In this document: positions 13,693 to 27,310 of the stretch, piece after piece
Layout of the letters: each line of letters starts with the position of its first letter
How positions within the stretch are numbered: the stretch's first letter is position 1
Assembly: GCA_964016885.1 (NCBI GenBank)
Contig: OZ024740.1
Location: 330,026,001-330,090,000, forward strand
Direction of reading: 5' to 3'
Length of the DNA: 64,000 nucleotides
From: Eledone cirrhosa
Taxonomy: Eukaryota
Position numbers and translations under genes: made by a program
Notes under the pieces: model-generated
The model's database searches: none
The model's input: only the letters and a program-made list of their open reading frames with translations
What the model was told of the DNA's origin: nothing

Positions 13693-15404
13693 AAGAAGAC
13701 ATACAAATTCTTCTTGAAATAGTGACGCTATTAAACTTATAGTATATGATGTTATATGTGGTTTTTACGTATTATTTTATATATAATTACTTTCCAAGTT
13801 TATGATGTGTATATTTATTAGCAAAGAAAGTGTGTTCCTGAAATTTGATTTTACTCGTCTGATATCTTGATACACCCAGGTGATTCTTAAACACACACTA
13901 CTTTAAATGTATCATTGAAATGAGCAATATCATTTTGACAGAGGTAGGGAATGTATTTTCAAAGATGCAAATTCCTCTCAGCGTGCAGTTAGAATTTCTA
14001 ACAAAACTGCTTCTTCAATTTCTGAGAGAAGGAAGTGGAGTAGAGGTGACATTGGAATATCGAAACTAATTTACTTCTAATTATTAAAATTCTAATAAAG
14101 TTTGCGTCAAATTCAGATTTAATTGAAATTTATCTCCCTTACTGATTGCGTCTCATTTACAAATGCAGTGATAATTTCAATTATTTCAAAGTTGCTACCT
14201 TGACATGCTTGCAGTTATATTTTTAGATTGTTCCATAGTTAATGTTACTAAGAATGAAAAAAAAAGTCATTTTTAGGTGCATCTGTGGATTTACTATTTT
14301 TTCATTTACATTTCTTGTTGTTTGTTACTTTAATTCGCGTACATAATTTACATTGGTTCTTGCAATGTGGAATTGATTTTTATTCCCATGTATTCTAATT
14401 GTGAATATTTATTTCAAATTAAATATTTTTCTTTTCTATTTCTATTATATTATATTTGTAACGTTATTGAATCAAGCCCTGTAATATATGCACTTAGATG
14501 CATTGAAAATAAATCAGCAATGAAATATGTGACATGCAATGAAATATATGACATGCAATAATTTGCTAAAAATGCATGTGATATGCACGAACAAAGTCAT
14601 TTCGCAACAAGTTTTCATGCCAAGCATGATATACAAGCACTGTTAGCATGGTTAACTTTAAACTGCGTAGTCAACGGAGTAGAAAGTGTCATTGACACCA
14701 GTATTTAAACCGTTTTGTAATGAGTGACTTTGGCTGTTGTGATGATGATAACGCATTTGTTGGAAGCGCGATACGAGCTCAAATGAATATGATCTGGCAG
14801 AAGCCGACTTTAGTGTTTTTGTGTTTGTGTGTCGTTCAGATATGCACGAAAGGATAAATCTTGCTGATATGCATCGTTTATGTTTGCAAACCTGTGGTTT
14901 TAGTATTTGCCGACTGTGAACATTGAATTCACCAAGAATGATGACCTCAAATAGGGATCTTATGTAGTTGACAATGAGGTGGGCCAGATGGTCGAAGAGA
15001 TGATGGCAATGAGAATGGTTTAGAGAGCGATAGATGAAGCTGATATATTAGAAAATATAGGGAAAAATTATCTTGGCCAAGAATTACTACAGGTATTTGT
15101 AGTCATACTACAGGTATTTGTATTCAGTTCACAGAGATAAGTGTAAGGGACCCTGATTACTATATGTGCGCGTCCGTCATAATTCGGAAAGAATATTGTG
15201 AAAAGGTTATAATCCAAAAGTTTCATGAGCGCATATATTCATTAAAGTTATATCTGTTTAGATAAAGAATAAAGGGGATTCAGACTACGGAAATATATAT
15301 AAATTTAATACACATTATTTTAGTATATAAACATTTGCACGTTTTATGTATTTCATAGTAAATCAGTAAATTGAAAAACAGCAATTTGTATATATATATA
15401 TATA

Positions 15405-16019
15405 TTAGAAAGTGAGGGTTTTTTTACAAAATGAAAAATAACCGAAGTGTCCTACACGAGTGAAAGTATAAAGACAAAGAGATGACATTGAAAATGCAAC
15501 TGGAGTCTTATTTAAAAAAAAATATATATATTTATTTGGTTCCTTTACCGGTTTCGCAGTTCTTCTTCTTCTTTTCAAAAGTAGAGTTGAGATGGAGGGT
15601 CTGTGGTTTTCTCACACCTGGTTGGTCTTTGAATGTTACTTGTTTTATATGGAAAAAAGTGGCTCGAAACGCCAGGTTTTTAGAGAAGTAATTTGATTGG
15701 TTGGTTAATAATAATAATAAATTTCGCGCCAGTTGGCGTTACAAAGTTCTTCATAGAAGGGAGGGGGGGGGCTCAGGTTTTTTTTTTCATATATGAAGGC
15801 TTTTTTTTTAATTGCTTCTCTAAAAACCTGGCGTTTCGAGCCACGTTTTTCCATATAAAACAAGTAACATTCAAAGACCAACCAGATGTGAGAAAAACCA
15901 CAGACCCTCCATCTCAACTCTACTTTTGAAAAGAAGAAGAACTACGAAACCGGTAAAGGAACTAAATAAATATATATATTTTTAAATAAGACTTCAGTTG
16001 CATTTTCGATTTCATCTTT
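15405..16019. repeat. Foldback element in (TA)n, same family as 1158-1527, with degenerate HHR motifs in both arms
   Basis: Arms at about 15485-15690 and 15812-16019; ttttgaaaa...gaaaccggtaaagg at about 15923-15959. Confidence 0.85.
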
Positions 16020-16082
16020 TATATATATATATATAGTTTTAATATGGAAGAGTTTCTACATTCTACAGCACGAGCTTCTACA

Positions 16083-16381
16083 TTCTCACGAATGAAACAG
16101 TTCTAGTCCTGTAGAATCTCATCTATATTAAAACTTTTATACTCTGCTATGTATTGAGTACCTTACTTACTGTCGTTACCTCCGATTCAACCCGGAATAA
16201 CGTTTATATATATAGATATATTGATATATATATATATATAGGTATGTTATTCCGGGTTGAATCGGAGGTAACCACAGTAAGTAAGGTACTCAATACATAG
16301 CAGAGTATAACTGTTTTAATATAGATGATATTCTACAGGACTAGAACTGTTTCATTCTTTAGAAATCATCAGGAATCTCAT
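16083..16381. repeat. Tail-to-tail inverted pair with a (TA)n centre, carrying a hammerhead
   Basis: 16092-16201 is the reverse complement of about 16246-16357. Confidence 0.85.
16326..16381 (-). ncRNA. Type I hammerhead motif
   Basis: atgagattc-CTGATGA-tttc-taaa-gaat-GAAA-cag-ttctagtc-ctg-TA-gaat(a/c)tcat. Confidence 0.7.
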
Positions 16382-16864
16382 ATATATATATATATAATAC
16401 ACATCAGCTGCTTGAGTGATAGATTATATAATTACTTGTGTTCTTTGGATGATATACACAACTTCCAATTATGGACACTGCTAGGTTTCAAAATCAATTA
16501 AAAGTGTTGGGCATTCATTTTTGAATATCTATATATACATATACATATACACAGTGATTTACACACACTCACTCACACACACATGTTTTTCTCTATGTAT
16601 CTCTCTATACCTCTCTGTCACTCTCTCTCTACATATATACATATATACATATATGGGGGGAGGGCTTGTATGTGTATCTGTGTGTGTGAGTGTAAGAACA
16701 TTCATGACAGAAAAAATAACATGGGCTCACTATACAGTACAATGATGATAAACATTTATTTAACACTTGATATAGAAATACATCTTAGAAAATAGAATTA
16801 TGTAGGTAGAAATAATGTAAAGATTGTTAAGAAAGAAAACGGGAAAACATGTGTTTCAGGAAGA

Positions 16865-17200
16865 CATCGGCGGTATCGGCAGAATATCGGACAGCATGCT
16901 GTGCGGCGTATACCTATTGCCATTTATGTTCCGAGTTCAAATCTACCCAGAGGTTAGCTTTGCATTTCAGGCGATCGATAAAATAAAGTACCATTAACGC
17001 AGTGAGGTCAATTTCAAAATACTTAGAGTATTGCACTGGCAATATAGTCAACGTTCTGAGTCCAAAGCCCGCCACGGTTAACTTCGCTTTTATAATTACT
17101 GGGTAGATTAAATCTAATACCTGAAAGACACTCGGTCGATGTAATCGATATTCCCCTTCACTTTAAATTTCTGAACCTGTGGCAACGTAGAACCAAGTAT
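16865..17200 (+). mobile_element. Two degenerate tRNA-derived SINE copies
   Basis: ccgagttcaaatctacccagaggttagctttgc...gatcgataaaataaagtacc, plus a second copy from about 17035. Confidence 0.6.
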
Positions 17201-17665
17201 TAATGTCAAAATGACCAATTATGCTATCACATATTACTAACATTTGATAGTATATTTTCTTTTTTTTTTTACTTATATTAATAATATGAAGAGTAGCTAT
17301 CAGAAACGAAAAATAAAATTAAGTATAAGATTTTGTTTCGAACTTGCTAGTTTAGAGAAATATCACAGTGAATGTAACATTAGAAATATAGCAATCTTTA
17401 AAGGACGAATAGCTAGATATGAAATATAAGAAAAAGAGAACATAGAAAAAAAGAGGAAAAGAAGAAAGTGGGAGTAAGTTGAAATAATTCTGTCTTCTAA
17501 GAAATATGATTATTGTCAAAATATTATCAATTGTGTACATCACTATTACGTCCATTGATGTAGAGAATTGAAATATATATTGACAGGTAAATACCGGTTT
17601 TATACAGCAAAATATACCTAAGTTGCTGTCAATACACTTAATATTCTATTTTCTTGTCTAAAATG

Positions 17666-17738
<73 letters not shown>

Positions 17739-17771
17739 TACGTTTACATATGCATACATAAACACACACAC

Positions 17772-17873
<102 letters not shown>

Positions 17874-18760
17874 CTCTTTTCTGGGAAGTACCTTACCGTT
17901 TTAATAAATCATCCTTAGTTGATTTCCGATATTATACTGCCTCAGATGTCTTATACAATGATATTATAGAAACCGAATTTAGCCTCTTTTGTGTTGTTTG
18001 CGCTGTTATTATTTCATAGTTAAAGACCATTTTAATATATTATCTGAATGTTTTATATTGATATATTTCTTTTGTATAAAAAGTTATTATCAATCAATCA
18101 TTCTGAACGTCAGCTTTCACGTGTGACATTTATCTGACAAAGAATATATCATATCAATATGGAAGGGAAGGTAATTTCAATGGACATAACACTCTAAGAT
18201 ATGGGAACGTAGGGAACATAAATTATAGGGAATTATATTTACAATAGATATATTCTCAAATAATATGGAGTTCCCTACTTCAACAAAAACTGACAATAAG
18301 ACTTTTCTAAAGTTTGCATTACAGTACACCGGTTCGGGAAATTCATGTTTTTAACATTAGATGATTTCAGAAATATTGTGGGAATTTCATCAACACCAAT
18401 AAAAGTATATGAATTAATAACTACAGAATACAGGCGTTTTTGAAATGTTAGATCCCGTAAAGTGTTTTCTAAAAACATGCTTGGCTATGTCGATCATTAT
18501 GTCAGGACAATTTCCATTTTAGATGACAAATAAAGGATACATAAACATTCAAAATTTATATAAAAGCAGGAGGGATTATACTATTTGTGAATACAAAATC
18601 AGAATTACCTAAATTATCAGGTCACCGAATACACATCATATGAATTAGACCGGAAATAACATCACCAGTGAAATATTCTTCCATATGTTCGTATAACAAC
18701 TTCAAGATACACTTTGCCAAACCTGAGCATGACAATACACACACACACACAAACAAAGAA

Positions 18761-18821
<61 letters not shown>

Positions 18822-19179
18822 GCACGGGGACACCCTCACAAATACTTCCACCCCATATATATATATATAGGAAAAGAAATTGAAAATGCAACTGGAGTCC
18901 TGTAAGAGTATTCATTTATTTACTTTACAGGTATCACAGTTCTTATGATTTTCAAACGTAAATTTGAGATGCAGGATTTGTGTTTCTGTTGTGGTTTGCC
19001 TCACATTGTGTATATATTGGTGTGAGTGTATGTGTGTCTTCGTTTATTCGGGTTTAGTTCCCTACTATATCAAATGCTAGAGTAGCATATCACCATTGTA
19101 CTGTTTAGTCAACCTTCGTTTTATTTCCTTTATGCTATTTCGTAGACACCCGCGCTTGTATGTGTGTGTGTAATTCTTG

Positions 19180-19335
19180 CGATGCTTTGAGGCAAAGAGT
19201 TACGGCCCTTTATGGTCTGAGTTCATATCCCTCCGAGGTCAAATTTGCCTTTCATCCTTCCGGGGTCGATAAAATAATGCACCAGTAATACACTGCGATA
19301 ATTGCTGGTTTTGTGCCAAAAGTAGAACAATTATA
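19180..19335 (+). mobile_element. tRNA-derived SINE, 5'-truncated
   Basis: tctgagttcatatccctccgaggtcaaatttgcctttcatccttccggggtcgataaaataatgcacc. Confidence 0.8.
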
Positions 19336-19789
19336 TTCATAATGTATACAATGCTATATGCTACCATTTCTCGATAAAATGCTATATTTTTAATCAGGTG
19401 ACCATCATCTATGTATTATTTTCTCTTTGTTCTCTACATATCCGCCCTGCGTCACGTCGCATTATCTCTCCTTCTGTTTATTGTCTTATTTTCGTCTCTC
19501 TGCTTGTTTTATTCAGTACGATTCGCTCCTCTACTAACACCATCTGCATTTCAATATGAGTATTCGCATTTGTTTTTCAAGTATATATATCTACTATATA
19601 AATTGGAAGTGGTCGGATGTTTTATATGCAGGTGTAGTCGGTTAAACCTCAAAACGGCCTGGTGGAATGCAGATAAAATGTACACAGTTATGCAGAATGA
19701 ACCGAGGAGGGGTTGGGTCGACGTTCAAGCTACAAGCTTCCATAGTTACGGAGAAAATCGATGAAACAGAAATTTCCCATTCAAATTGA

Positions 19790-20010
19790 ACTGATAGTAT
19801 CTGTGAATGCAGAAGTAAATATTTCGAGAAACATTGCAACCGAAGAAAAACGGGAAGACGATATTTTGGTTCGTGAAGACGTTCCCTGGCAATGAACGAA
19901 AAAGAAGCAAGGATAATACGCCGTTATGTGGAGCGAGAGGAACAATTTCATGCAAAGACAAGACCAAGTTTATGGCATGAATGGAGTCATAAGACTAATA
20001 TTCTATTTAA
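19790..20010. repeat. Interspersed repeat related to 55005-55900
   Basis: Shared gaagacgatattttggttcgtg..cgttc.ctggcaatgaacgaaaaa..gataatacg. Confidence 0.7.
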
Positions 20011-20589
20011 AATAACAGAATGATTTCAAGCCCCGGAGTTTAAGAATGATGTAAATAAAATTGAAAACGAAAATGAAAGAGGTTATTAAAATAGTAAAAG
20101 TAAATAGTGAAGATTTAGGCCAGTACATACGTATGCCCCAACGGACCTACACATACATACGCACACACAAAGAGATACACCCCCCCCCCCCACACACACA
20201 GACACACACACACACACACACACACACACATCTCGTGCGCGCATGTATAAACCTTATGCATTTCTACAGTATTTTCACCAAACTTAAGACATAGGTTACT
20301 TATGTACTCCGGATGGTCATGGGCACTATCATTTTTCCAGATATTGATTATAGGGCCTCCCGGCAGATAACCCCCTTTAACCACTTCCTTGGAGTCGACT
20401 GAAGCACAGCAGTGCAATGCAACAAAACGTCATAACTACATTTGTCCTACAGATGAATGTGAACTCTCAGAATTGGCACATATTGAGTAGGGGACCCTGG
20501 GGGCAGGAATACCCTATTGGAAAAAGCCGATGATTTTGTAAAAGTATAGTTTTCGAAGCAGCACTGAAGTATTGACATAAAATGGTATA

Positions 20590-20636
20590 CACAACTGGTA
20601 TTTAATACCCGAGCAACGCCGGCTAACTCTGCTAAT
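20590..20636 (+). mobile_element. Possible Helitron-type 3' terminus
   Basis: GC-rich hairpin-like cccgagcaacgccggc followed by ..ctgCTAA|T, resembling the termini at 33340 and 43729. Confidence 0.4.
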
Positions 20637-21199
20637 ATATATATATGGCGTCTTTTTATATCAATATACATTTCAGCTGTTGTTTTCGGCTATTCAATCA
20701 CTTATAACAATCAACAGTGGTTACCGCTAATTTCTTTGATTGAGATTTGTAGGTTTTCTAAGAATTTCTATCTACCCACTGTGTGGTTGATTACTTTCGA
20801 AATGTTTATATTCTAGTTAGTCTACTAGCTTTCTCTTCAGGCGGTGATTGTTAACTTCCGTGGTATTAAGCGTTCAGCTGGACTTTGAGTATTATGAATA
20901 TAGATTGTTTGTACGTAGGTAGGATTATTTTACCCAAACTTTCATTTATTCTTCATAGCATTAGTCTGTATTTACAGGTAATTTCAGTGTTCGACATTTT
21001 TATATTTCTACGAATATATCTATCTATACATATAACATAGGTGACTAAGTGATGAATTGCTCATCAAAATAAACATTACATTTCATTCCTGACATTATGT
21101 TGACCTCATACCTATGAAATTTTGACATCCCACTAGAATTTAATATAATCTGATATGTAATTTCCCGTTGATGGCATATCGGCAACATCTCTAAATTGA

Positions 21200-21640
<441 letters not shown>

Positions 21641-23799
21641 GCGTCATTTATTTGCTTTGGCGCCTGTACATAATATGGTTTTGGTTTTGGTTTTGTCCTT
21701 CTTTACACAAATTTAATATCTCTCGCTGACAAACTTGCGTTCCCATCTCATAATCTTTTTTAAAAAATAATTCTACTACTTTCTCAACGTTAAAGAAAAA
21801 AACATTTCCTTAGCCTTAGCTAAAGTTTTCTCAACTTTCATGCATATTTTAATCTGCTATTTAATACTTAATTCAAACTTTACTATTTTAATGCAAACCT
21901 CATTTCGTGTAAGTAGTTTTTTTCACTATTCTCACAGTTTACATCTTTATTGAGTCTTTCGCGATGAAGAAAATACTTTAACATTTATTTCTTTAAATTA
22001 TTTACATTATTTCCACTTTTATTTAAAAATCTCCACTACTTCTTTAAATTTTCCCTTTAAAAAGTGAAGCTGCTTCGGTATATGTTTGCGTGTATATGTG
22101 TGTATGTGTCTATATGCTTGTGTGTGTTTGCAGCGCGTGTTGGAATCTATCGTATATAAAAGAGGCGATCACCACCAACTCTCCCTAAAATGCAATTATT
22201 TACGAACGACGTATGGTGCTATATTCCCTATTCAGACCCTTGTCACCCTGCTCACTCGTCGCATCGAATCAAATCATGATTAGCCTGTTTGAAAACTTTA
22301 ACCACCGAGGCAAATATTCTAAATTGTGATTAAAAAAAATGAATGGGTAAATGATTAAATAAATAAACATAAATTCTGAAAGATAGACTATTCTCGTCTT
22401 TCGATGAACATACTTTTTTTTATTTAATCAAATTTCATTAATGTATAACCCTCAGTCATGAAGCATTAATACTGTAAATGAGATATAGTAATTTCATTGG
22501 AATAACTCTCGCCCTTTTTATAAAAATGACATTTTATGTAGGATTCAGATTAATCAACTGAAATTATTCTACGTTTTTTTATCAATAGATTGGCCACATC
22601 TAAATACAGAGACACTTTATACATGAACTCACTATTGTGTTATTCGAAAGCTGAAGTATGAAGATTCTCATTAAAAACTTTCCTAGCGCTGAATGCATAA
22701 CACGACGTTTCTTCCCGTAAAATCATTAATGTCTGCCATGATTAAGTTTACTCTCTATCCACTAGACTTTGAGATATTTCAATATTTAATTGACGAAATT
22801 TCACAAAGTTTACTAAAGAAAACTTACAGATCTGTGAACAACTGTACATGTATGATCGGTTATCAAAACCATATAATTAGCTATACATTGGAGTTCGTCA
22901 TAAAAGAATCCTTATTACAGAGAATATTATGCAGACACTTTGTGTAACTTCATAGAGATTAAACATATCAAGCTGCTGTGGGATTGCAATAATTACCGCA
23001 TTACTGCATATCTGAATCTATTAGTATAATGTTTAGTATCAATTCGCCGACGTATAGTTCAAATAAGTACAAACAAATATATCTCGGAAATTTCAGGTTT
23101 GTATTAATATCAAAGAGCTGAAAAGGACAGTGTAGACTATAACCAATAGATCATTATATTAAATCGATTACACATTTAGATTGGACCTATCACTTTCCTA
23201 TTTGATTTTCAAGACTTATCATTTGCACGAAAATATTTCACGCTCAATAAAACACAAGCTATTCATATTGTCTCTTTGACTTGTTACACATGATGATTAG
23301 AAATTCCTATGAATATTATAGCATCGCTCATATTTGAAAGAGTGTCCAGTCATCCGCGTAGTGACGTCCACAAAAACGCTGTTGATATTTCCAGAGTATT
23401 GTGTAAGAAAAGTAACAAAATAGAGAATTATAGTGTGAATAACAAGTGTAGAAAAGGGAGAGATTTTCCGGATGTACCATTGTAGGAGGGCTACAAATTA
23501 ATTTACTTCAAAGGAACGCATATATTCCGATTTTGTTAGAAAACATAGATAATCTGTCATCTTCTGTTGATAACATATTTTTAAATTTTTTTAATGTTAA
23601 TCAATGGAGTTTTCCTATAAGATATGAGCTTGAATGTGTTTTTATCAATATAAATGTCTCCAAAATGTGGACTGACACGATCACACATGTGCATGTCTCC
23701 AAAAACGCTTTTTTCCGTTTAGTTCGCTTCTCACAGTCTAACTTTCGATGTCTTCATTTATACTGTGTCGTTTGCTTTAATATGTCTGTGTATGTATAG

Positions 23800-23862
23800 T
23801 CACATACACACAAACACACGCACACACACTCACAAACTCTCTCTCACACACACACACACACA

Positions 23863-23921
<59 letters not shown>

Positions 23922-23948
23922 ACTCACACACACACACACACACGCGCG

Positions 23949-24021
<73 letters not shown>
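23800..24021. repeat. (CA)n/(TA)n microsatellite
   Basis: Visible run. Confidence 0.95.
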
Positions 24022-24022
<1 letters not shown>

Positions 24023-24158
24023 AGCGATTGCCTAGCAGAGTAGGGAATGCTGTCTAAATCTTAAAGAGTATTCTTGCGAAGCTGCGTAGCTTTATCATTT
24101 TCCATTCATAGTGGTACTAGACCAGATTTTCTTTGCAACTAATTATATAAGTAGACTG

Positions 24159-24187
<29 letters not shown>

Positions 24188-24189
<2 letters not shown>

Positions 24190-25118
24190 CGAATAATGAA
24201 AAGCGAAGTAGTTTCAGATGTTCAAGTCCTTTAATAATAATGCTGTGATATATATTTCAATGACGACACTGGCCACACTGTTCTGTGTGCGAGTGTCGTG
24301 TCATCATCAGACAGCTTGTTACATAATAAGGTTATGTTTCCGAGGCAATCCAATTTTTTTACTCACTTCAATCTATATTTTTACTCAATCCGAATTATCA
24401 CTTGAAACATTTTTGAATTTCGAATTTTTTAATTGTTTAATTTTTAATCTTTGATATTTGATTTAGGATTTTAATTTTTGATTTTTATTTCCAACTCTCA
24501 CTCTTAACTTCCAATGTAAAAACATGGTACCTAGAATTAAGTTTATTTTCCCTTATGAGATGATGGTCAGTCTTGCTGTCAACGCTTAGTGAAAGGTAGT
24601 ATTATGACCTATAAAAACTAACACCCTCCCATCCCCTCTGGCTTTCGGCTGACTGCTACAGTCGTGATGTATAGCAGTAAACTTTGGTAGGGCATAAGTG
24701 GGCCATTGTTTTGGCTGAGGGGATGAACTGACAGCGAATTTCGTTGAAATCTGCGGTGGCTAATGGTCAACTTCCTTTGGACATGCGCTTGCGCAGACCG
24801 GTGGGGGTGAATTGGTACTCACAAGGGAGCGGATGAAAAACCCAAAAGCACGAACTTCATCCGTTCCCATGTCGATTCAATTTGGATTGCCTCGGAAACA
24901 TAACCTTATTATGTAACAAGCTGTCTGATGATGACACGACACTCGCACACAGAACAGTGTGGCCAGTGTTGTCATTGAAATATATATCACAGCATTATTA
25001 TTAAAGGAATTGAACATCTGAAACTACTTCGCTTTTCCTTATTCGATATTTACTCCGTCACTCCTATGTGGAAAAAGTACGTTGAGTGCTTGAATTGAAT
25101 TGCATCAATGTTTACCCT

Positions 25119-25121
<3 letters not shown>
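24188..25121. mobile_element. Head-to-head inverted element in (TA)n with HHR-like motifs (Penelope pLTR-like)
   Basis: 24188-24353 is the reverse complement of 24881-25047. Plus-strand motif at 24920-24993: gctgt-CTGATGA...acgacact/agtgt(c/t)gt...GAAA-tatata-TC-acagc. Confidence 0.7.
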
Positions 25122-25175
<54 letters not shown>

Positions 25176-25179
<4 letters not shown>

Positions 25180-26352
25180 TATTGGTCCTCTGAAATAGCG
25201 ATATATATATGAATATGTATATAGTGTATTTTGCAATACACTGTATTCTTAATTAAAAGCAGGTTCAAGACCATGCGCTATTGTTTTAAAGTAGCGACAT
25301 TGTCGCTTACATACATTGTCGGCAGGCAGGGGGAGATAAGATCACAGGCCTGTTTCGTACTAATTGGTACTTGTCAAAACTCAGTATTCTCCCGTCTGCT
25401 GAAAATTATAGAATTCCAGTAACGATCAGGAACTGATTTGCAGAGCTGTCGCCGGCCCAGAAGAAATTGAAAATTAGAATTGCTGCTCTGAAATAGCGAT
25501 ATATATATGAACGTGTATGTAGTGTATTTTGCAATACACTGTATGCTTAATTAAAAATATTTTCAAGTCCATACTCAATTGATTTAAATTAACGACATTG
25601 TCGCATGCTTACATTTTCGGCAGGCAGGGGGAGATAAGATGACAGCGCTGGTCTTGAAATTGCTTTTAATTAAGCATACAGTATATTGCAAAATACTCTC
25701 TATATACATTCATATATATATCGCTATTTCAGAGCAGCAATTCTAATTTTGAATTTCTGCTGGGCCGGCGACCGCTCTGTAAAATCTGTTCTTGATTGCT
25801 ACTGGAATTCTATAAGAATGCAAAACACATAATTTTAGGCAGACGGGGAGAGTACTGAGTTTCGACAAGTAACAATTAGTACGTAACAGCGCTGTCAACT
25901 TATCTCCCTCCTGCCTGCCAAACATTTAAGTAAGCGACAATGTCGCTACGATAAAAAAATAGCATAAGTTCTTCAAAATGCTTTTAATTAAGCATACAGT
26001 GTATTGCAAAATACACTATATGCACATTCATATATATATCGGTATTTCAGAGCAGCAATTCTAATTTTCAATTTCTGCTGGGCCGGCGACGGCTCTGTAA
26101 AATCAGTTCCTGATTGTTGCTGGAATTCTATAAGAATCAAACACACATAATTTTCGGCAGACGGGGAGAGTACTGAGCTTTGACAAGTACCAATTAGTAC
26201 GAAACAGCGCTGTCAACTTACCCCCCCCCCCCTCCTGCCGGCCGAAAATTTAAGTAAGTGACAATGTCAGTACTTTAAAACAATAGCGTATGGGCTTGAA
26301 AATTATTTTAATTAAGCATACAGTGTATTGCAAAATACACTATATATACATT

Positions 26353-26358
<6 letters not shown>
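25176..26358. repeat. Diverged inverted tandem array (about 300-325-bp units) related to the 310-bp family
   Basis: Shares ctctgaaatagcgatatatatatgaa and caggaactg..tttg..agagc.g..gccgg.cc..cagaaatt. Left arm 25176-25650, right arm 25651-26358. Confidence 0.9.
26174..26220 (+). ncRNA. Type I hammerhead with U3-A8 core (degenerate copies at about 25855-25901 plus and 25337-25383 minus)
   Basis: tgagct-TTGACAA-gtac-caatta-gtac-GAAA-cagcgctg-TC-aactta, with outer helix I ggcagacggggag/ctccccctgcctgcc. Confidence 0.75.
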
Positions 26359-26393
<35 letters not shown>

Positions 26394-26436
26394 ATATTAA
26401 ATAAATGGAAACAAACTATATTTATAAAACCATATT

Positions 26437-26498
26437 TATTCTATTATATATATTTCAAGGGTACCAAAAAGTTTGGTACGCTATCATCAGATAAAATA
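26437..26498 (-). ncRNA. Hammerhead-like motif
   Basis: tattttat-CTGATGA-tagcgtaccaaa-ctt-tttggtaccctt-GAAA-tatata-TA-atagaata. Confidence 0.65.
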
Positions 26499-26827
26499 CA
26501 GAATGTCTTATAAATATTTGACATGACCAAAGATAATATACCTTATTATAAGTTGAGCCAACTCATGCAGCTTCATATGCAAATGAGATTAATCACCTCA
26601 TTTACACAGACGAGAAAAGTATATTTTCTCGCCTGTCTTCTAGTCCAGCAGTCGCAAGCCGTGGGAGGTACCGTCCTGTCGAAAGCCAGTTAAGCCTGAA
26701 ATGCATAGACGGTTCTCCCCCTTACTTCTGCTGGACGTCACCATAGGAGGTTAGCCCCCGGTGTTTGCATAGCTAAGGCTTCCTAAAACCTTATTTCCTT
26801 GGAGATACGAAATATTTATATATATAT

Positions 26828-27310
26828 ATACTGATTAATGTTCAGAACCATCCTCAGCATAGTCGTGTAGCACCCATCCACCATTTGAATGAGTTTGTTG
26901 GTCAGTGTCCAAGTCTCAGACACGTACATCGGCACAGACTCCACTACAGCAACAAAGAGCCGGATCTTCAGGTGTTTACGAAGGTCCGACTTCCACGCCG
27001 ACCTCAAGCTGTGGCACGCCACCCAGGCTTTCGTCTTCCGCTCGACCAAACGTCAGCTCAAAAGTGACACAGAGGAGACTGAGGTTAGCTGGACGTGCTC
27101 ACCGACATCCAGAGTTGACACTGCACTCAGTGCTCCTGTGTGAACCCCTGCATGGACACACAGGAAGAGGAAGACTGAAGTTAACATATGTTGACGCCCT
27201 AAGTACAGACACTGGTCTGTTGGAGACGCAGAACATGACAGCGATAATGAGGGACAGAGACCGCTGGAGAGAACTCGTCCATGGATCTCGGGAATTTTAC
27301 CTGCCCTAGA
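26828..27310 (+). mobile_element. 5'-inverted (twin-primed) RTE-related LINE 3' fragment in (TA)n
   Basis: Minus strand 26828-27049 encodes ..ESVPMYVSETWTLT..DGCYTTMLRMVLNINQY. Plus strand 27050-27309 encodes VSSKVTQRRLRLAG..HGHTGRGR..TYVD..DTG..RDRWR. Confidence 0.85.

Noticed and set aside
14700-15100. Exon-like or transposase-like stretch ending in cag|gtattt
   Set aside because: Interrupted by stops, with no recognisable motif.
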